Shown: one piece after another, positions 1 through 11,750 of the stretch
Numbering within the stretch: the stretch's first letter is position 1
Layout of the letters: every line of letters begins with the position of its first letter
Source: Veleropilina oligotropha
Lineage: Eukaryota
Reading direction: 5' to 3'
NCBI GenBank assembly: GCA_048128005.1
Contig: JBEUKZ010000118.1
Location: forward strand, 1-64,000
DNA: 64,000 nt
Translations under genes and position numbers: made by a program
Notes under the pieces: generated by a model
Database searches by the model: none
The model's input: the letters and a program-made list of their open reading frames with translations, nothing else
Told to the model about the DNA's origin: nothing

Positions 1-532
1 GTGTTTTGTACTAGAGAGATGCTTTATGGAATATGTCTCGCTAATATCAGCATACTTTGCGTAGAACTGTAATAAACAGTAGTCTTCCAAATGTCGTGTG
101 CATTCTGAAATCTACAACACAATTACCAGTATAACACGGAAATTAATAACAGATAATATGTTATTCAAGTTCATACTTCCTGTTCTTCCTGTCCTGATTT
201 GACTTTGAATAACATACAATGTATTTTGGAAATGTTACGGCTTCCCACATTTTGAACACAAAACTTTTGACACTAATTTAGGACCCTGTTGCAAGTGTAC
301 AGTTGGTACCTGTTCTTGTTACAAAGATGCATTTATCAGCACATGTACGGTCGTGGTGATAGTCCATCGTGGTAAAATGATAAAATCCCACAACTTGAGT
401 TACTTAACAGTATATGTCTACTTCTGGTGATAATTATATCGTTCAGTTCATATTAAATACAATTTGTTCAGTACATATTAAATACAATTTGACCCATATT
501 GCGTAAATAACATTAAACATTCGTTTCATCAG

Positions 533-1872
533 ATTCGCCATCTGGTATATATGACACCGATACCGACAGCGAGTATGATGAGACGACAACTTCTATGGCT
601 GAGACCAAAGAGGCCCAGACCTCTACGGCTGCGACCAGAGAGCTCCAGATCTCTAAGGCTGCGACCAATGAGCTCCAGATCTCTAAGGCTGCGACCAGAG
701 AGCTCCAGATCTCTAAGGCTGTGACCAGAGAGCCCCAGGCCTCGAAGGCTGCGACCAGAGAGCCTCAGACCTCTAAGGCTGCGACCAGAGAGCCTCAGAC
801 CTCTAAGGCTGCGATCAGAGAGCCTCAGACCTCTAAGGCCGCGACCAGAGAGCCTCAGACCTCTAAGGCTGCGACCAGAGAGCTCCAGATATCTAAGGCT
901 GCGACCAAAGAGCCTCAGGCCTCGAAGTCTGCGACCAGATAGCCCCATATCTCTAAGGCTGCGACCAGAGAGCCCCATACCTCCTCTAAACCGAATACCA
1001 ATGTGAGGCCTAATACAAAAAGGATGACAAAAAGGAAACAGTTTGATGACAGTTTTAGTAATAGGTTAAAAACTATCGTAGCCATTTTAATTATATTTAC
1101 ACTTGCCATAATTGGAAGGAAGATAATATAACTGTGTATAATAACTCATTGATAGCTGAGTAGTTTTGTTTATAAAATTTATTATATTAATGTCAACAAA
1201 GTTGTGCACATCAACTCGAAATCCAGATATCTAATATCCAGCATACTAATCAAGGGAGAAAACAAAATATTATTCACAACGAATTATAAATTTATTCATA
1301 TTATTATGTTACTTTGATTATTTTTGGATTAATGCCTTGTTTTACCTTTATGCATTAATTGATGAATTTTATATATTTTAGCCAAATGTATGGAGACCAT
1401 GATGGAGATGGAATCTGAACAAAGGCAACAGGCTCTCGAAATGGAAGAGAGAAGACAACAGAGGGAGGAGGAAGCTGAGACAAAAAGATTAAAAGCGGAA
1501 CATCAGTTTCAACTAAAAGTAATGGAGATGCAAATGAATATGTTTTCACACATGAACAGACAACCTATTCAACATCCTGGAGCATCTCATCAACCAGTGC
1601 CCACTTGGTGCAACACAGAGGGACAGAGCATGAATTGGTCACACCCATTTGACCACCAGACCAATGAATCCAATGGCCAATCATCATCCATCAGAGGCAG
1701 TGTCTGTTCGAATGATGAAAACACAAGTTTGTCTCGTCCTTCTAGCTCCACATCGCATTTTGACCATCGGTCTTCTTCCTCTCAGTCATCTAGTGATGCT
1801 TTATCATGTGCCAGAGCTAGTCTCTTTACAGATGAGGAGGAGTATGACTACAACTTAACACAGCTTCAATAG
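533..1872 (+). pseudogene. 3' exons of the probable Harbinger accessory (Myb/SANT/MADF-type partner) gene, with an in-frame stop
   Basis: Acceptor-like tttcatcag ends at 532. The frame reads DSPSGIYDTDTDSEYDE, then 10-aa repeats with a GAG>TAG stop at 940-942. A plausible donor lies at 1058 and an acceptor at 1381, followed by an E/R/Q-rich coiled coil (1390-1872). It converges on a Harbinger transposase. The DNA-binding domain is not in the window. Confidence 0.5.
600..980 (+). repeat. 30-bp coding minisatellite, about 12 copies
   Basis: Unit gcgaccagagagc(t/c)(c/t)cagatctctaaggct repeats in tandem and encodes ATRE(L/P)Q(I/T)SKA. Confidence 0.95.
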
Positions 1873-2848
1873 AAATTTTGAAGTGTACGACTTGTCAGAC
1901 ATTTCATGATGCTTAAAGTTTGCTCGCACAGATAAAAGTGCCATATATAGAATATTTTCAATATGTGTTATATATCATGTTTTGAGTATACGGTTATTAG
2001 TGTTCTGTTGTTAGTGAAGTTTTAATTTAGAGTTACGTTATTCAACAATATTGTCCTTTTTGCGGATATCACGCAAGCAGTCGTGGTAATGTTATGCACA
2101 ATTGTGTTTTTGTTTTAATTATCGAATATTAATTGATATTATCTTCAATGCATGGGCCGACAGTGTGTAGATAATATCACACTGAAATATTGAAATTAGA
2201 TACCATTGTATAATATAATGTATTTTTCATTACCTTATAGGCATACAGTTAACCTGATAAAGTAGATAGCACTGATGCAGTTATATATATATAAAAACAC
2301 AAACATTTTGCATTGGTATAAATATAAAATTTATTAGATAGTACTATATTATAGATACAGTACAACATTTTGCATTATCGTATATGCCTGGAATTATATG
2401 GCATTGAAGAACTGATATTCTGGCACAACATTTAGCAATTAATATATAAACATTTAATTTAACAACGTAACAACTTTAATTTTCCATTTCATATTTTGTC
2501 ATATCAAACTTATCATTCCAGTATGACGTATTATAATAATCAACAAACTAAAATCTTTTCTGCATCAACAATATACAATGTATATTCATCAATTCTCAAA
2601 TTTTCAACTGTTGCATAACTTTCCATAGTATTAAATAAAACATATCTCATTCAATGCGTTGTTTTAATGGCAATAATCATATACATATTTCAATCGTAAC
2701 GAAAAAAAAAATCAATGGTTATATGTTATTGCATAATTATATTAAAAATTGTATAGTACAGTTAAACCTGTCCTCATGGGGCACTCCGGCATGGGTAACA
2801 CTTGTTGGATACAGAGTTGTCCAATGATCACATTTATTACTGTACATA

Positions 2849-4234
2849 TTATCGCATATCGATGGATAGTATAATATAGTAGTGCTTATTTGATTGTTCT
2901 CTACTTGAAGATACCATGCACCACTCTACAACCACTTTAGTCCCTAACTTCTCTATTTTCATACAACCATTGTGCCAGAGCATTCCTGGTGGCTCGTGAT
3001 CTTGCATATTATTGTCACAAGCTGGCATTATCAGATAGTTCATATCCCTCTCTACCTCTTCCAGCCAGGTTTCCAGGTATGCATCTTCGTGCATTATCTC
3101 ACATATATTGTTTAGTGTACAACAAGAAACAACAACACTGATTAAGAACTCACGAGAAGCATCAAACCTCTTCAGAAGACGTCTCCATTGCGCCTTCAAG
3201 CGACCAAAAGCATTTTCAACAACCATGCGGGCACTTGACAATCGGTAATTGTAATATTCTTGTACTTCATTTAGGCGTCCTTTATATGGAGTGAGGACCC
3301 AAGGCAACAATGGGTAAGCAGCGTCTCCTATTATGTGAAGGGGTATCACCATGCCACCAATAATCCTGGGCGTGTTGGGTATAAGGGTTCCAGCATCTCC
3401 TCTTGTGAACACAAATGAATTTCTGAACACTCTGGCGTCATGTACTTTTCCTGGCCAGCCGACATTTAAGTCCAGAAACATATAGTCTTTATCAACAATG
3501 GCCTGAACAATAATTGAGTAAAAATGTTTTCTGTTGTAAAAATCTGAAGGGGCATCTGGTGGGGCAATAATTGGTATGTGTGTGCCATCTATCGCACCAT
3601 ATGTCTGTGGGAAGCCCCATACTCCAGGCATATTTCCCTCGAATTTCCGTACAGTATTGTTTAGTTTTGGGCCTGTTGGTATTCGTATGAATTTTGGAAA
3701 TAGATATGTTCTTATTGCATCACATACCTGGTGTACAATTGCACACACCGTTGAACATTCAGTTCCAAATAAACGAGCTATCGATCTATATTCACCAGGT
3801 GTTGCCAGGTACCAAAGTCTTATAAGGAGGCGCTTGGGTACGGGGATGGCTCTTCTCATACGTGTATCCCTCTTCCAAATATATTGATGCATTTCTCTGC
3901 ACAAATAGTCAAATGTTGGCCTACCCATACGTACATTTTGTTGCCACTCCTGATTAGTCCACAAATTCATAGCATCATCATACAGGTCAGTAGTTCTATG
4001 TTTCACCCAAATGGTTCGTTCGACTTCCCTCGGACGTGCCATTAAGACCGTCATCATTAAGAGGAACAGTAAACGTCTTCTACGATTAGAAGATTCTATG
4101 ATGTAGCGTTGACGTTTTTGTCTATTACGTAGAGTTTGCTTTCTCCATCGCAAATGGCGTTCTCTTGACTTTCGTAAGGACGTATTAATAAGCATGTTCG
4201 ATATAAAGACCGCAAAGATCTGACTGACCGGCAT
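2849..4234 (-). CDS. PIF/Harbinger DDE transposase (HARBI1-like, DDE_Tnp_4)
   Basis: Motifs GAIDGTHIPI, FYNRKHFYS, GWPGKVHDARVF, IIGDAAYP and SSARMVVENAFGRLK, preceded by an HTH-like region (LWYLATPGEYRSIARLFG). The extreme C-terminus looks degenerate. Confidence 0.93.
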   Translation of the reverse strand: MPVSQIFAVFISNMLINTSLRKSRERHLRWRKQTLRNRQKRQRYIIESSNRRRRLLFLLMMTVLMARPREVERTIWVKHRTTDLYDDAMNLWTNQEWQQNVRMGRPTFDYLCREMHQYIWKRDTRMRRAIPVPKRLLIRLWYLATPGEYRSIARLFGTECSTVCAIVHQVCDAIRTYLFPKFIRIPTGPKLNNTVRKFEGNMPGVWGFPQTYGAIDGTHIPIIAPPDAPSDFYNRKHFYSIIVQAIVDKDYMFLDLNVGWPGKVHDARVFRNSFVFTRGDAGTLIPNTPRIIGGMVIPLHIIGDAAYPLLPWVLTPYKGRLNEVQEYYNYRLSSARMVVENAFGRLKAQWRRLLKRFDASREFLISVVVSCCTLNNICEIMHEDAYLETWLEEVERDMNYLIMPACDNNMQDHEPPGMLWHNGCMKIEKLGTKVVVEWCMVSSSREQSNKHYYIILSIDMR

Positions 4235-4480
4235 ATTGGTTGTTTATATTATGACACACTTCCCAGAATGCATCTTGAATATGCTAATCAGGCCTCGGAT
4301 GTAGCTTACAAAAATCGACTCATTTTGTCCGAAAACGATTTCTCTCTACATGTGTGTATGCTCAAAACGCTTCGAGTGGATTTTCGCACGTGTGTGTATG
4401 CACATCGGTTTCGCTGCGATTATTAAATAAAACGATTTCTGAGTAAATCGATTCAAAATGTTTGTGTCTGTAAGCGGCAA

Positions 4481-4640
4481 TGTCATTGTGAAAGTTAAAA
4501 ACCGTTCGTTTTGTGTTCCAAAGTAGCTTTTCGGTGTTAAGGTAACAAAATTGGGGCAGCATGTGATGAAATTTGATATAAAGGAACATATATCGATGCA
4601 AGTAAGTGATAAACTGTAGTAACTTTATTGAAATTTAGCA
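4481..4640. repeat. Dispersed repeat with an inverted copy at ~23250-23375
   Basis: tgtgttccaaagtagct...tgcaagtaagtgataaactgtagt...actttattgaaatttag is the reverse complement of ctaaatttcaataaagtaactacagtttatcacttacttgca...agctactttggaacaca. Confidence 0.8.
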
Positions 4641-5381
4641 TTTTTCGGGACGGGACGTGATTTTCACCTTGAGATTACTCTGCGGTGAGAAATTTCAGCT
4701 CAGCCGTTAGAGTCTGATATTAGGAAATATAGCAGGCTCTAACGTTGTTGGAGTAGGGTTAGGGATGTTCTATCTTGGAAAAAAAATTCGTATTTTATCG
4801 GAGATGAAAAACCGGATTTCCAAACTTGAGTAAAAGCCGGAGCTGTGGGGAAGTACCGAAAAATCGCCCAAATGTTCACTAATCTATTTTAATGAGTATA
4901 CACAAACGGCACCTGGTTAGAGTTATTCTAATTCCCAATTCCCCTTGAGATCTCGTCATGTGAGTTATACCTGAAAGACTAGTGTCAAAAGTGTACCAAT
5001 TAACGGGATGGTAATGAATTTGTGCGTTAAAACGTGATTAGTTATATACTAAAACGTGAAACGGGAAACACCGAAAGAAATTGCTTGAATCCGTGAACGA
5101 TGTATGTGAAACGTGATAATGTTTTACATGTAAGACATTAATTAGCGCGAGTCCTTGAATGCTCGCTTGAATATTCATAAAAAAACCTGTCATTATTAAT
5201 ATTATAATACATCACAATAGTTATTGAAAAGCGTCGAAAAGTTCGCGAAAATAACAGAACGAGGACGCTTAAAAACGTCGAGGCACATTTTTTCGTTTGC
5301 TTTCAATCAAAATCTAGTATCGCAGCCATCCCCCTTGCAAGCGCTCTCGTTCGTCTGCAAAGCAAAGGCTGTAGCACCAGC

Positions 5382-6031
5382 CACTAGCGGATCCAGGAGG
5401 GGGGGGGGGGGGGTCTGAAACCTCCCTTTGGAAATACTTACACATTTTAGTGAAAACGGTTCTTAGATGTTGGTGAGGGGGTTTCGCACCGTTAATTTTC
5501 AAAAAGTTTGAGACTCAGAACGTCCGACCCTCCTTTTGAAAATGAGAAATGCATGTTTCATTGCGAAAACCCCAGAAATATTTACTGATACATACGGTTC
5601 ATGCTTGTAAGAAATATCGCGATTGCACTGGCATAATGCAGGAGAGGGGATTTCACATCGTTAATTATTAAAATTTTCTGGGGGGTCCGTGCACCCCCCT
5701 CTCGAAAAATAAAAAATGTTTGTCTTTGATTGTGAAAAAACGAAAAATTTCTTTATACATTTTAGTGTCAAAATTACTTTTCTGGGATACAGGCTGTCTG
5801 TACCTACGTTTGAAATCAGAAATGCATGTGTTATATTCTGAAAAAAATACTCATACATTTTAGTGAAAATTGTTCATAAATGTTGGTAAGAAATATCGAT
5901 TTGCCCTGTCAGAGTGCATGAGAGGGGGTTTCAGGCTGTTGATCGTCAAATTTTCTTTCGCAAACAGTTGATAGTATATTTGATGAAAATTGGACTCCCC
6001 ACCCCTTTTCAAAATCATGGATCCGCGCCTG
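5382..6031. mobile_element. MITE with CAGGCGCGGATCCA-type termini
   Basis: Left end cactagcggatccagg plus a poly-G run; right end tggatccgcgcctg. Same terminal family as 40011-40450. Confidence 0.6.
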
Positions 6032-8486
6032 TCATCTGTTTTTTGAATAATGCGATATATTACTACCACTGGATTCCTTCGATTTCTGATTTTGCAGAAT
6101 GATCAGCAGCACATCCCTACCGAGTATCGGCTCCCGAGCATAACGTTGATGGGCTGTGTCGACAACAGATTCTCGAATGCTGCGCGCGATGATGCAACGT
6201 TCTCGAGTAGTGCATGATGTCAGAGACTGTTCTTATGAAAATGAGTTCCAAAACTCCGTGCTTGATGCAAGTCGTGCTTCGCTTTTTTGCTCGTGTCAGC
6301 CTTTTCCAGATATTCCTCGGGACCCGATCTCCACCAGTCCATTCACGACTTCGATTTTCATTGACGATGTATAAATGCATCCGACACTTATGCATTAGGC
6401 CAGGGGCCGTTGGACAATTTTGCATCCATTGGTGCCATGCAGATGGTACTAAATGAAATTACAATTTCCTGGTAGCTTTTTATGTCCACATTTCATAACT
6501 GCTTGATGGACATCTGTAACTTGCATCTTTCACGGTGAAATTAACTTTCAAAGATTAATACCCTGCAGTGAATATTCTCGTGTTTGGCTGTCACCAAACT
6601 AAACTAAACATCTACATATATTCTTAAATGTTTCATTGCTCACGATGTATTGTACGACGCCTTACTTCGAGAGATAAATAGCTTTAAAAATATATTTATA
6701 TGTGGCATAATGTACACATCCGCATGACTATGTTATTGAACAGAAGGAATAACCTCAATCCACCATCTTGTCAACCAATTCGATAGTGATGGGGTAACTC
6801 TATTTCATGTGCACTGGAAGTAGGCAGAATTTCTCGCACTTCCATGACATGAAGAACAAGATGATCCGTGCTTCAAGGTTTCTCGCCAGTGCTGCTTTGA
6901 TTGCCTTTTTGCGGAGCGCCCACAATTCGCTTGTGATCAAGGAAACGGTCCCAGGGGATGCAACGCTTTCCGGGGTTCATAGAAGGAATTGACCTGTTTT
7001 CGAGTCTTGAAACGACGAACATCTGATATTTCTGGTGGGTGTCGTAACCGGACAATGTTGACGGTTCAACAGTATTTTGATGTACGATGGGTTGATCCAG
7101 TTACTGTGTCTTACCTTACACCTACTACATACTATTATTGTACAATGGTCTCATTTTTATGTATTCGGTATGCACCTAAATATGGAAAATAAGACCATTA
7201 CTTTGTTTACTTCCACCAAGGTACACGATTATAGTATGCATGCGTTCCAATGCTCTGCTTAAAGTAGTATTTTGACACCGTCGTTGACAACAAACTATAA
7301 ACCTTCGGGGCCCAACTGGCGGATTTCTCCAACTACCGGGTCAACAGGAATAAGGCCAAATGTGTTGTTGTCACATTGTGATTAAGAATCTGCCTTCCAA
7401 GTCTTGATGGTGACTCACAGAGTGATCTTCATCGAGTCTTGCCGTTTGCGCAATGGAGATCGAGAAACAGTGAGCCTAATTATGTTTATCGTACGCGAAG
7501 CACGAGGGGATTATGCTGCATATTCCATGAAGATGCAATAGCCATTTCATAGCAGCTCAGATATGAGCCAGCCGGATGTCAAAATATCCCGGTAGGGCAC
7601 TATTGCTGTAAATTAATTTTTAGCTGTATATATGCACCGTCCCATGAATTTTATATTTGCAATCTTGGATTATAAAATAAGACCATTTAATTAGTCATGG
7701 TACAGAGACGATTTAGCAATTTTCATTTTTTCAACGCTGTGAATGCATGTATTCGTAATTGCATATATTATGTACTCATTATTATCGATATAACTTATTA
7801 AAAACATGCCACAATCATATATCTTTATGAATACGCCAACAAAATTAATGATACATTTTTATTGACAAAGATACAAAATTATCTTTTTGTGTAATGACTT
7901 ATCATGAACAACACAAAATATTATTCATGCATAATGTGCCATCATTTGACTATGCAAAACATAAATATTAAACATGAGTTAAAGGCCTACGTCGTCTGTA
8001 GACAATATTTGTAAGAATCTATGGCACATTTGGATGCATTCTGTCATCATCAAAGTACAGGAAAAGCCATGTTCATCATCATTAACTTTATAACATATGT
8101 CATGTAGTCATTACCAATTGCCTCCACCGGCCCCTCAAATGAATTTGTAAATCCGTCCTTTACATTTAAACAGGAGGCTCTCCGATAGCCGTGTGGACTC
8201 TAGTGCCAACTCTAAAACCACTCTCTTGACTGCTCTGACAAATAGGAGTTCCTTACAATTTTGGCTGTGGCAATGAGAATGGCGTTCTTTGTTCAGTTAT
8301 CAATCACAGTAGTCCGGACTGGTCGGATAGGACTGGTTATCAATCACAGTAGTCCGGACTGGTAGGATAGGACTGGTTTCCCGAGGGTGACCAGGATTTT
8401 CTCCAGATAAAATATGGACATATGGTGGACTGGTTAAAGTGAACCTGAAGGTTGTAAAGATACAGGACAATAAGCATCGATTCAAT

Positions 8487-8575
8487 AAATGTATGTATGT
8501 ATGTATGCGTGCATGCATGTAATGTATGTATGTATGTATGTATGTATGTATGCATGTATGTATGTATGTATTTAT
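8487..8575. repeat. (TATG)n microsatellite
   Basis: Direct reading. Confidence 0.95.
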
Positions 8576-8708
8576 TAGACAATTATATGAGAGGCATAAC
8601 ATGGTTTTGTTTTAACCAACATATTAACGCACTGGCATCGATGTTTATGGCCATTCTCCATATCATATTAAGAACATGAAATTTGTGTATCAGTTAAAAT
8701 GTCATATA

Positions 8709-8783
8709 TCCCGACGGGACCCGAACCCGCGCGCGATCTCCTGAATTCCGTCCAGGCGCTCTACCGCTTAAGCTTCGCGAACC
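8709..8783 (-). mobile_element. tRNA-derived SINE head or tRNA pseudogene
   Basis: Minus strand reads GGTTCGCGAAGCTTAAGCGGTAGAGCGCCTGGACGGAATTCAGGAGATCGCGCGCGGGTTCGGGTCCCG, with A-box-like and B-box-like motifs and an imperfect cloverleaf. Confidence 0.55.
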
Positions 8784-8947
8784 GACGAGAAACATGGCAT
8801 TGAAACTGATACAAGTGATGACCAGCAACGGTCAGCTCTGGCTTGTATGTATTTATTAGACAATTATATGAGAGGCATAACATGGTTTTGTTTTAACCAA
8901 CATATATTAACGCACTGGCATCGATGTTTACGGACATTCTCCATATC

Positions 8948-8949
<2 letters not shown>

Positions 8950-8978
<29 letters not shown>

Positions 8979-9292
8979 TGTATGCAATGTATGTATGTAT
9001 GTATGTATGTATGTATTTATGCAATGTATGTATGTATGTATGTATGTATGTATGTATGTATGTATGTATGTATGCATGTAATGAATGCATGTAATGTATG
9101 TATGTATGCATGTATGCATGTATGTATGTATGTATGTATGTATGCATGTATGTATGTATGTATGTATGTATGCATGTATGTATGTCTGTATGTATGCATG
9201 TATGTATGGATGGATGGATGCATGCATGTGTGTATTTATGTATGTATGTATGCATGCATGCATGTGTGTATTTATGTATGTATGTATGTATG
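8950..9292. repeat. Degenerate (TATG/CATG)n microsatellite
   Basis: Direct reading. It is the source of the spurious MYVC/HTYI ORFs. Confidence 0.95.
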
Positions 9293-9356
9293 CCAAATCA
9301 AAGGGGCGCAAAAGTCAGAGGTGGCAAACCGACAAGCACGTAAACAAACAATTACT

Positions 9357-9360
<4 letters not shown>

Positions 9361-9404
<44 letters not shown>
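9361..9404. repeat. (TA)n microsatellite
   Basis: Direct reading. Confidence 0.95.
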
Positions 9405-9406
<2 letters not shown>

Positions 9407-9571
9407 TAAGCGAGTGCAATTAAAAGTAGAATTGTCCTTAACTTCAAATGAGAGAGAGAGACATAGAGACTACTTATATTGTTCGATCACACACAACACA
9501 TTGGTTAAGTATTCTGCCTAGTGTGGACTAACATCTACCTCCTGAGACAACTTGCTTGTTAAGACATCGGA

Positions 9572-10762
9572 TCACCATAGTTTCTTTCTAGTATGAATTA
9601 ACATGTGCGTTCTAAGATGACCCGCTTGTAAAAATGTTTTATTGCATACAACACATTCATGTGGTTTCTCACCAGTATGAATTAACATGTGCGTTCTAAG
9701 ATTACCCACATGTGAAAATATTTTATTGCATACAACACATTCATGTGGTTTCTCACCAGTATGAATTAACATGTGCATTCTAAGATTACCCACTTGTAAA
9801 AATGTTTTATTGCATACAACACATTCATTTGGTTTCTCTCTAGTATGTATTAACATGTGGGTTCTAAGATTACCCGCTTGTAAAAATGTTTTATTGCATA
9901 CAACACGTTGATGTGGTTTCTCACCAGTATGAATTAACATGTGCATTCTAAGACTACCCACATGTAAAAATGTTTTATTGCATACAACACATTGATGTGG
10001 TTTCTCACCAGTATGAATTAACATGTGTGTTCTAAGTTTACCCACTTTTAAAAATGTTTTATTGCATACAACACATTCATGTGGTTTCTCTCTCGTATGT
10101 ATTAACATGTGCGTTCTAAGATTACCCGCTTGTGAAAATGATTTTTTACATACAAAGCATTGATGTGATTTCTCTCCGGTATGAATTAATATATGTTTTG
10201 TGAGGCTACTCGCAAGTGAAAATGCTTTTTTGCATACACCACATTTATGTGATTTCTCTCCAGTATGAATTATAATGTGTGATCTAAGTTTACTTGCACA
10301 TATAAATGTCTTATAGCAAACCTCGCATTGGTATGGTTTCTCTCCAGTATGGGATCGCATGTGCAACTTCAGACAACCTGATCGTGAAAAGGTCTTATTA
10401 CAAACAGCACATTGTTGCGACTTCTCCCCAGTATGGATTAGCATGTGCGACTTAAGATTATTAAGACATGCAAATGTTCGCTTACACAATGCACAATGAT
10501 GATGTTTCTCTCCGGTATGAGTTAGCATATGCCTGTTCAGCCCACTTGCAGCTGTAAATGTCCTGTCGCACAAGCAGCACTGGTAATGCTTTTCCCCTGT
10601 GTGAATCCGCAGATGCTGTTGCAATGTGCTCACCGTTTTAAATGCCTTTACACACAAGCTGCATTGGTGCTGCCTTTTCAGAGCATGGTTTCTCATATGA
10701 CATTTACGTTTCTGTGCATCACTGAATTGTTTGTCGCACACAGTGCATACAAGTGGCTCCAT
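9572..10762 (-). CDS. Tandem C2H2 zinc-finger protein, 14 fingers (may be the last exon of a longer gene)
   Basis: Repeated CxxC-x12-HxxxH with TGEKP-like linkers. Finger 11 has C>R (HQRVVC). The frame is open for 396 aa. Confidence 0.9.
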   Translation of the reverse strand: MEPLVCTVCDKQFSDAQKRKCHMRNHALKRQHQCSLCVKAFKTVSTLQQHLRIHTGEKHYQCCLCDRTFTAASGLNRHMLTHTGEKHHHCALCKRTFACLNNLKSHMLIHTGEKSQQCAVCNKTFSRSGCLKLHMRSHTGEKPYQCEVCYKTFICASKLRSHIIIHTGEKSHKCGVCKKAFSLASSLTKHILIHTGEKSHQCFVCKKSFSQAGNLRTHMLIHTREKPHECVVCNKTFLKVGKLRTHMLIHTGEKPHQCVVCNKTFLHVGSLRMHMLIHTGEKPHQRVVCNKTFLQAGNLRTHMLIHTREKPNECVVCNKTFLQVGNLRMHMLIHTGEKPHECVVCNKIFSHVGNLRTHMLIHTGEKPHECVVCNKTFLQAGHLRTHMLIHTRKKLW

Positions 10763-11040
10763 CTGGTGTGAATTTCAAAAATAATATTCTATAATGGTGT
10801 GTTGAAGCTTGAGTTTGTCTCTTTCGTTTCACGAATTATTGTCTTGGAATATCGCTCGGACATGCACCTGTACTCAGCCTGCAAGTTCCAACGAATCCAA
10901 ATACCTTCAAAAAGAAAACAAAGTTATGTAAACACTGTGTCAATATAAAAATCATGCACATAATTATTGAGCAATTGAAATATTATAAGAGTTGAGAAAA
11001 TGTTGTTATTGGTTCCCAGTGATGACATAATGTAAAATTG

Positions 11041-11750
11041 TTTACTTACTTTGGAACCTGTTTTGAACGTGCTACGACGTTTCGACTGCGCATCTAGCAG
11101 TCTTGATCGCGTAGTGATCTCGTTTGCTGCTGGGAGCGCTCAGGAATCCCAGCTCCGGATACCAATGCATCGGGACTACCACAACTTCGGTCACCTCTGA
11201 TTGGGTTAACATACGTTCAGGGCCTGTCCTAAAAACTATCCAGGATCTACATGTCATTTGGCATTAACACTTTCCAACAACCTGTCAACAAACTAAGATC
11301 CATGTTGGAACAATAACACCCAAAGGACCGTACTCCTGATGAGATGAAATACAGGGTCATTTATAAAATCAACTGTGACCAGTCCCCTGAACACACCTAC
11401 ATTGGAGAAACGAAGCGTACTCTGGCTACACGTTTCAAAGAGCACACCAACCTCGACAAGCCAACAGGTGTGGGTGACCATTGCCAAGCCACCGGCCACC
11501 CAGTGTCACTATCCAACACCTCCATCCTCACCCGCGAACCTGACTGGACAAAACCTAAAGTCAAAGAGGCCATCTACATCCGTGAGCGAAAACCCACCAT
11601 GAACTGTGACCAGGGATATCAACTGCCCGCCATCTACCACAGCCTGGTTCCTGAGCGCTCCCAGCGGCAAACGAGATCACTACGCGATCAAGACTGCAAG
11701 ATGTGCAATCGAAACGTCTTAGCACGTTCAAAACAAGTTCAAAGTAAACA
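11041..11750 (+). mobile_element. 5'-truncated Penelope-like retroelement: GIY-YIG endonuclease between inverted terminal (pLTR) copies
   Basis: Reads PVNKLRSML..HPKD..VIYKINCDQSPEHTYIGETKRTLATRFKEH..KEAIYI..MNCDQG. Segment ~11045-11146 is the reverse complement of ~11648-11748. Confidence 0.85.

Noticed and set aside
529..978. 149-aa minus-strand LRGLRLSGRS ORF resembling a leucine-rich repeat
   Set aside because: It is the antisense reading of the 30-bp minisatellite. Splice signals and the flanking coding sequence favour the plus strand.
8709..8783. Functional tRNA gene (also considered for 39021-39095)
   Set aside because: The acceptor and anticodon arms are imperfect and both sit in repeat context, so SINE heads are more likely.
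8300..9521. ORFs rich in MYVC or HTYI
   Set aside because: They are translations of TATG and TA microsatellites.
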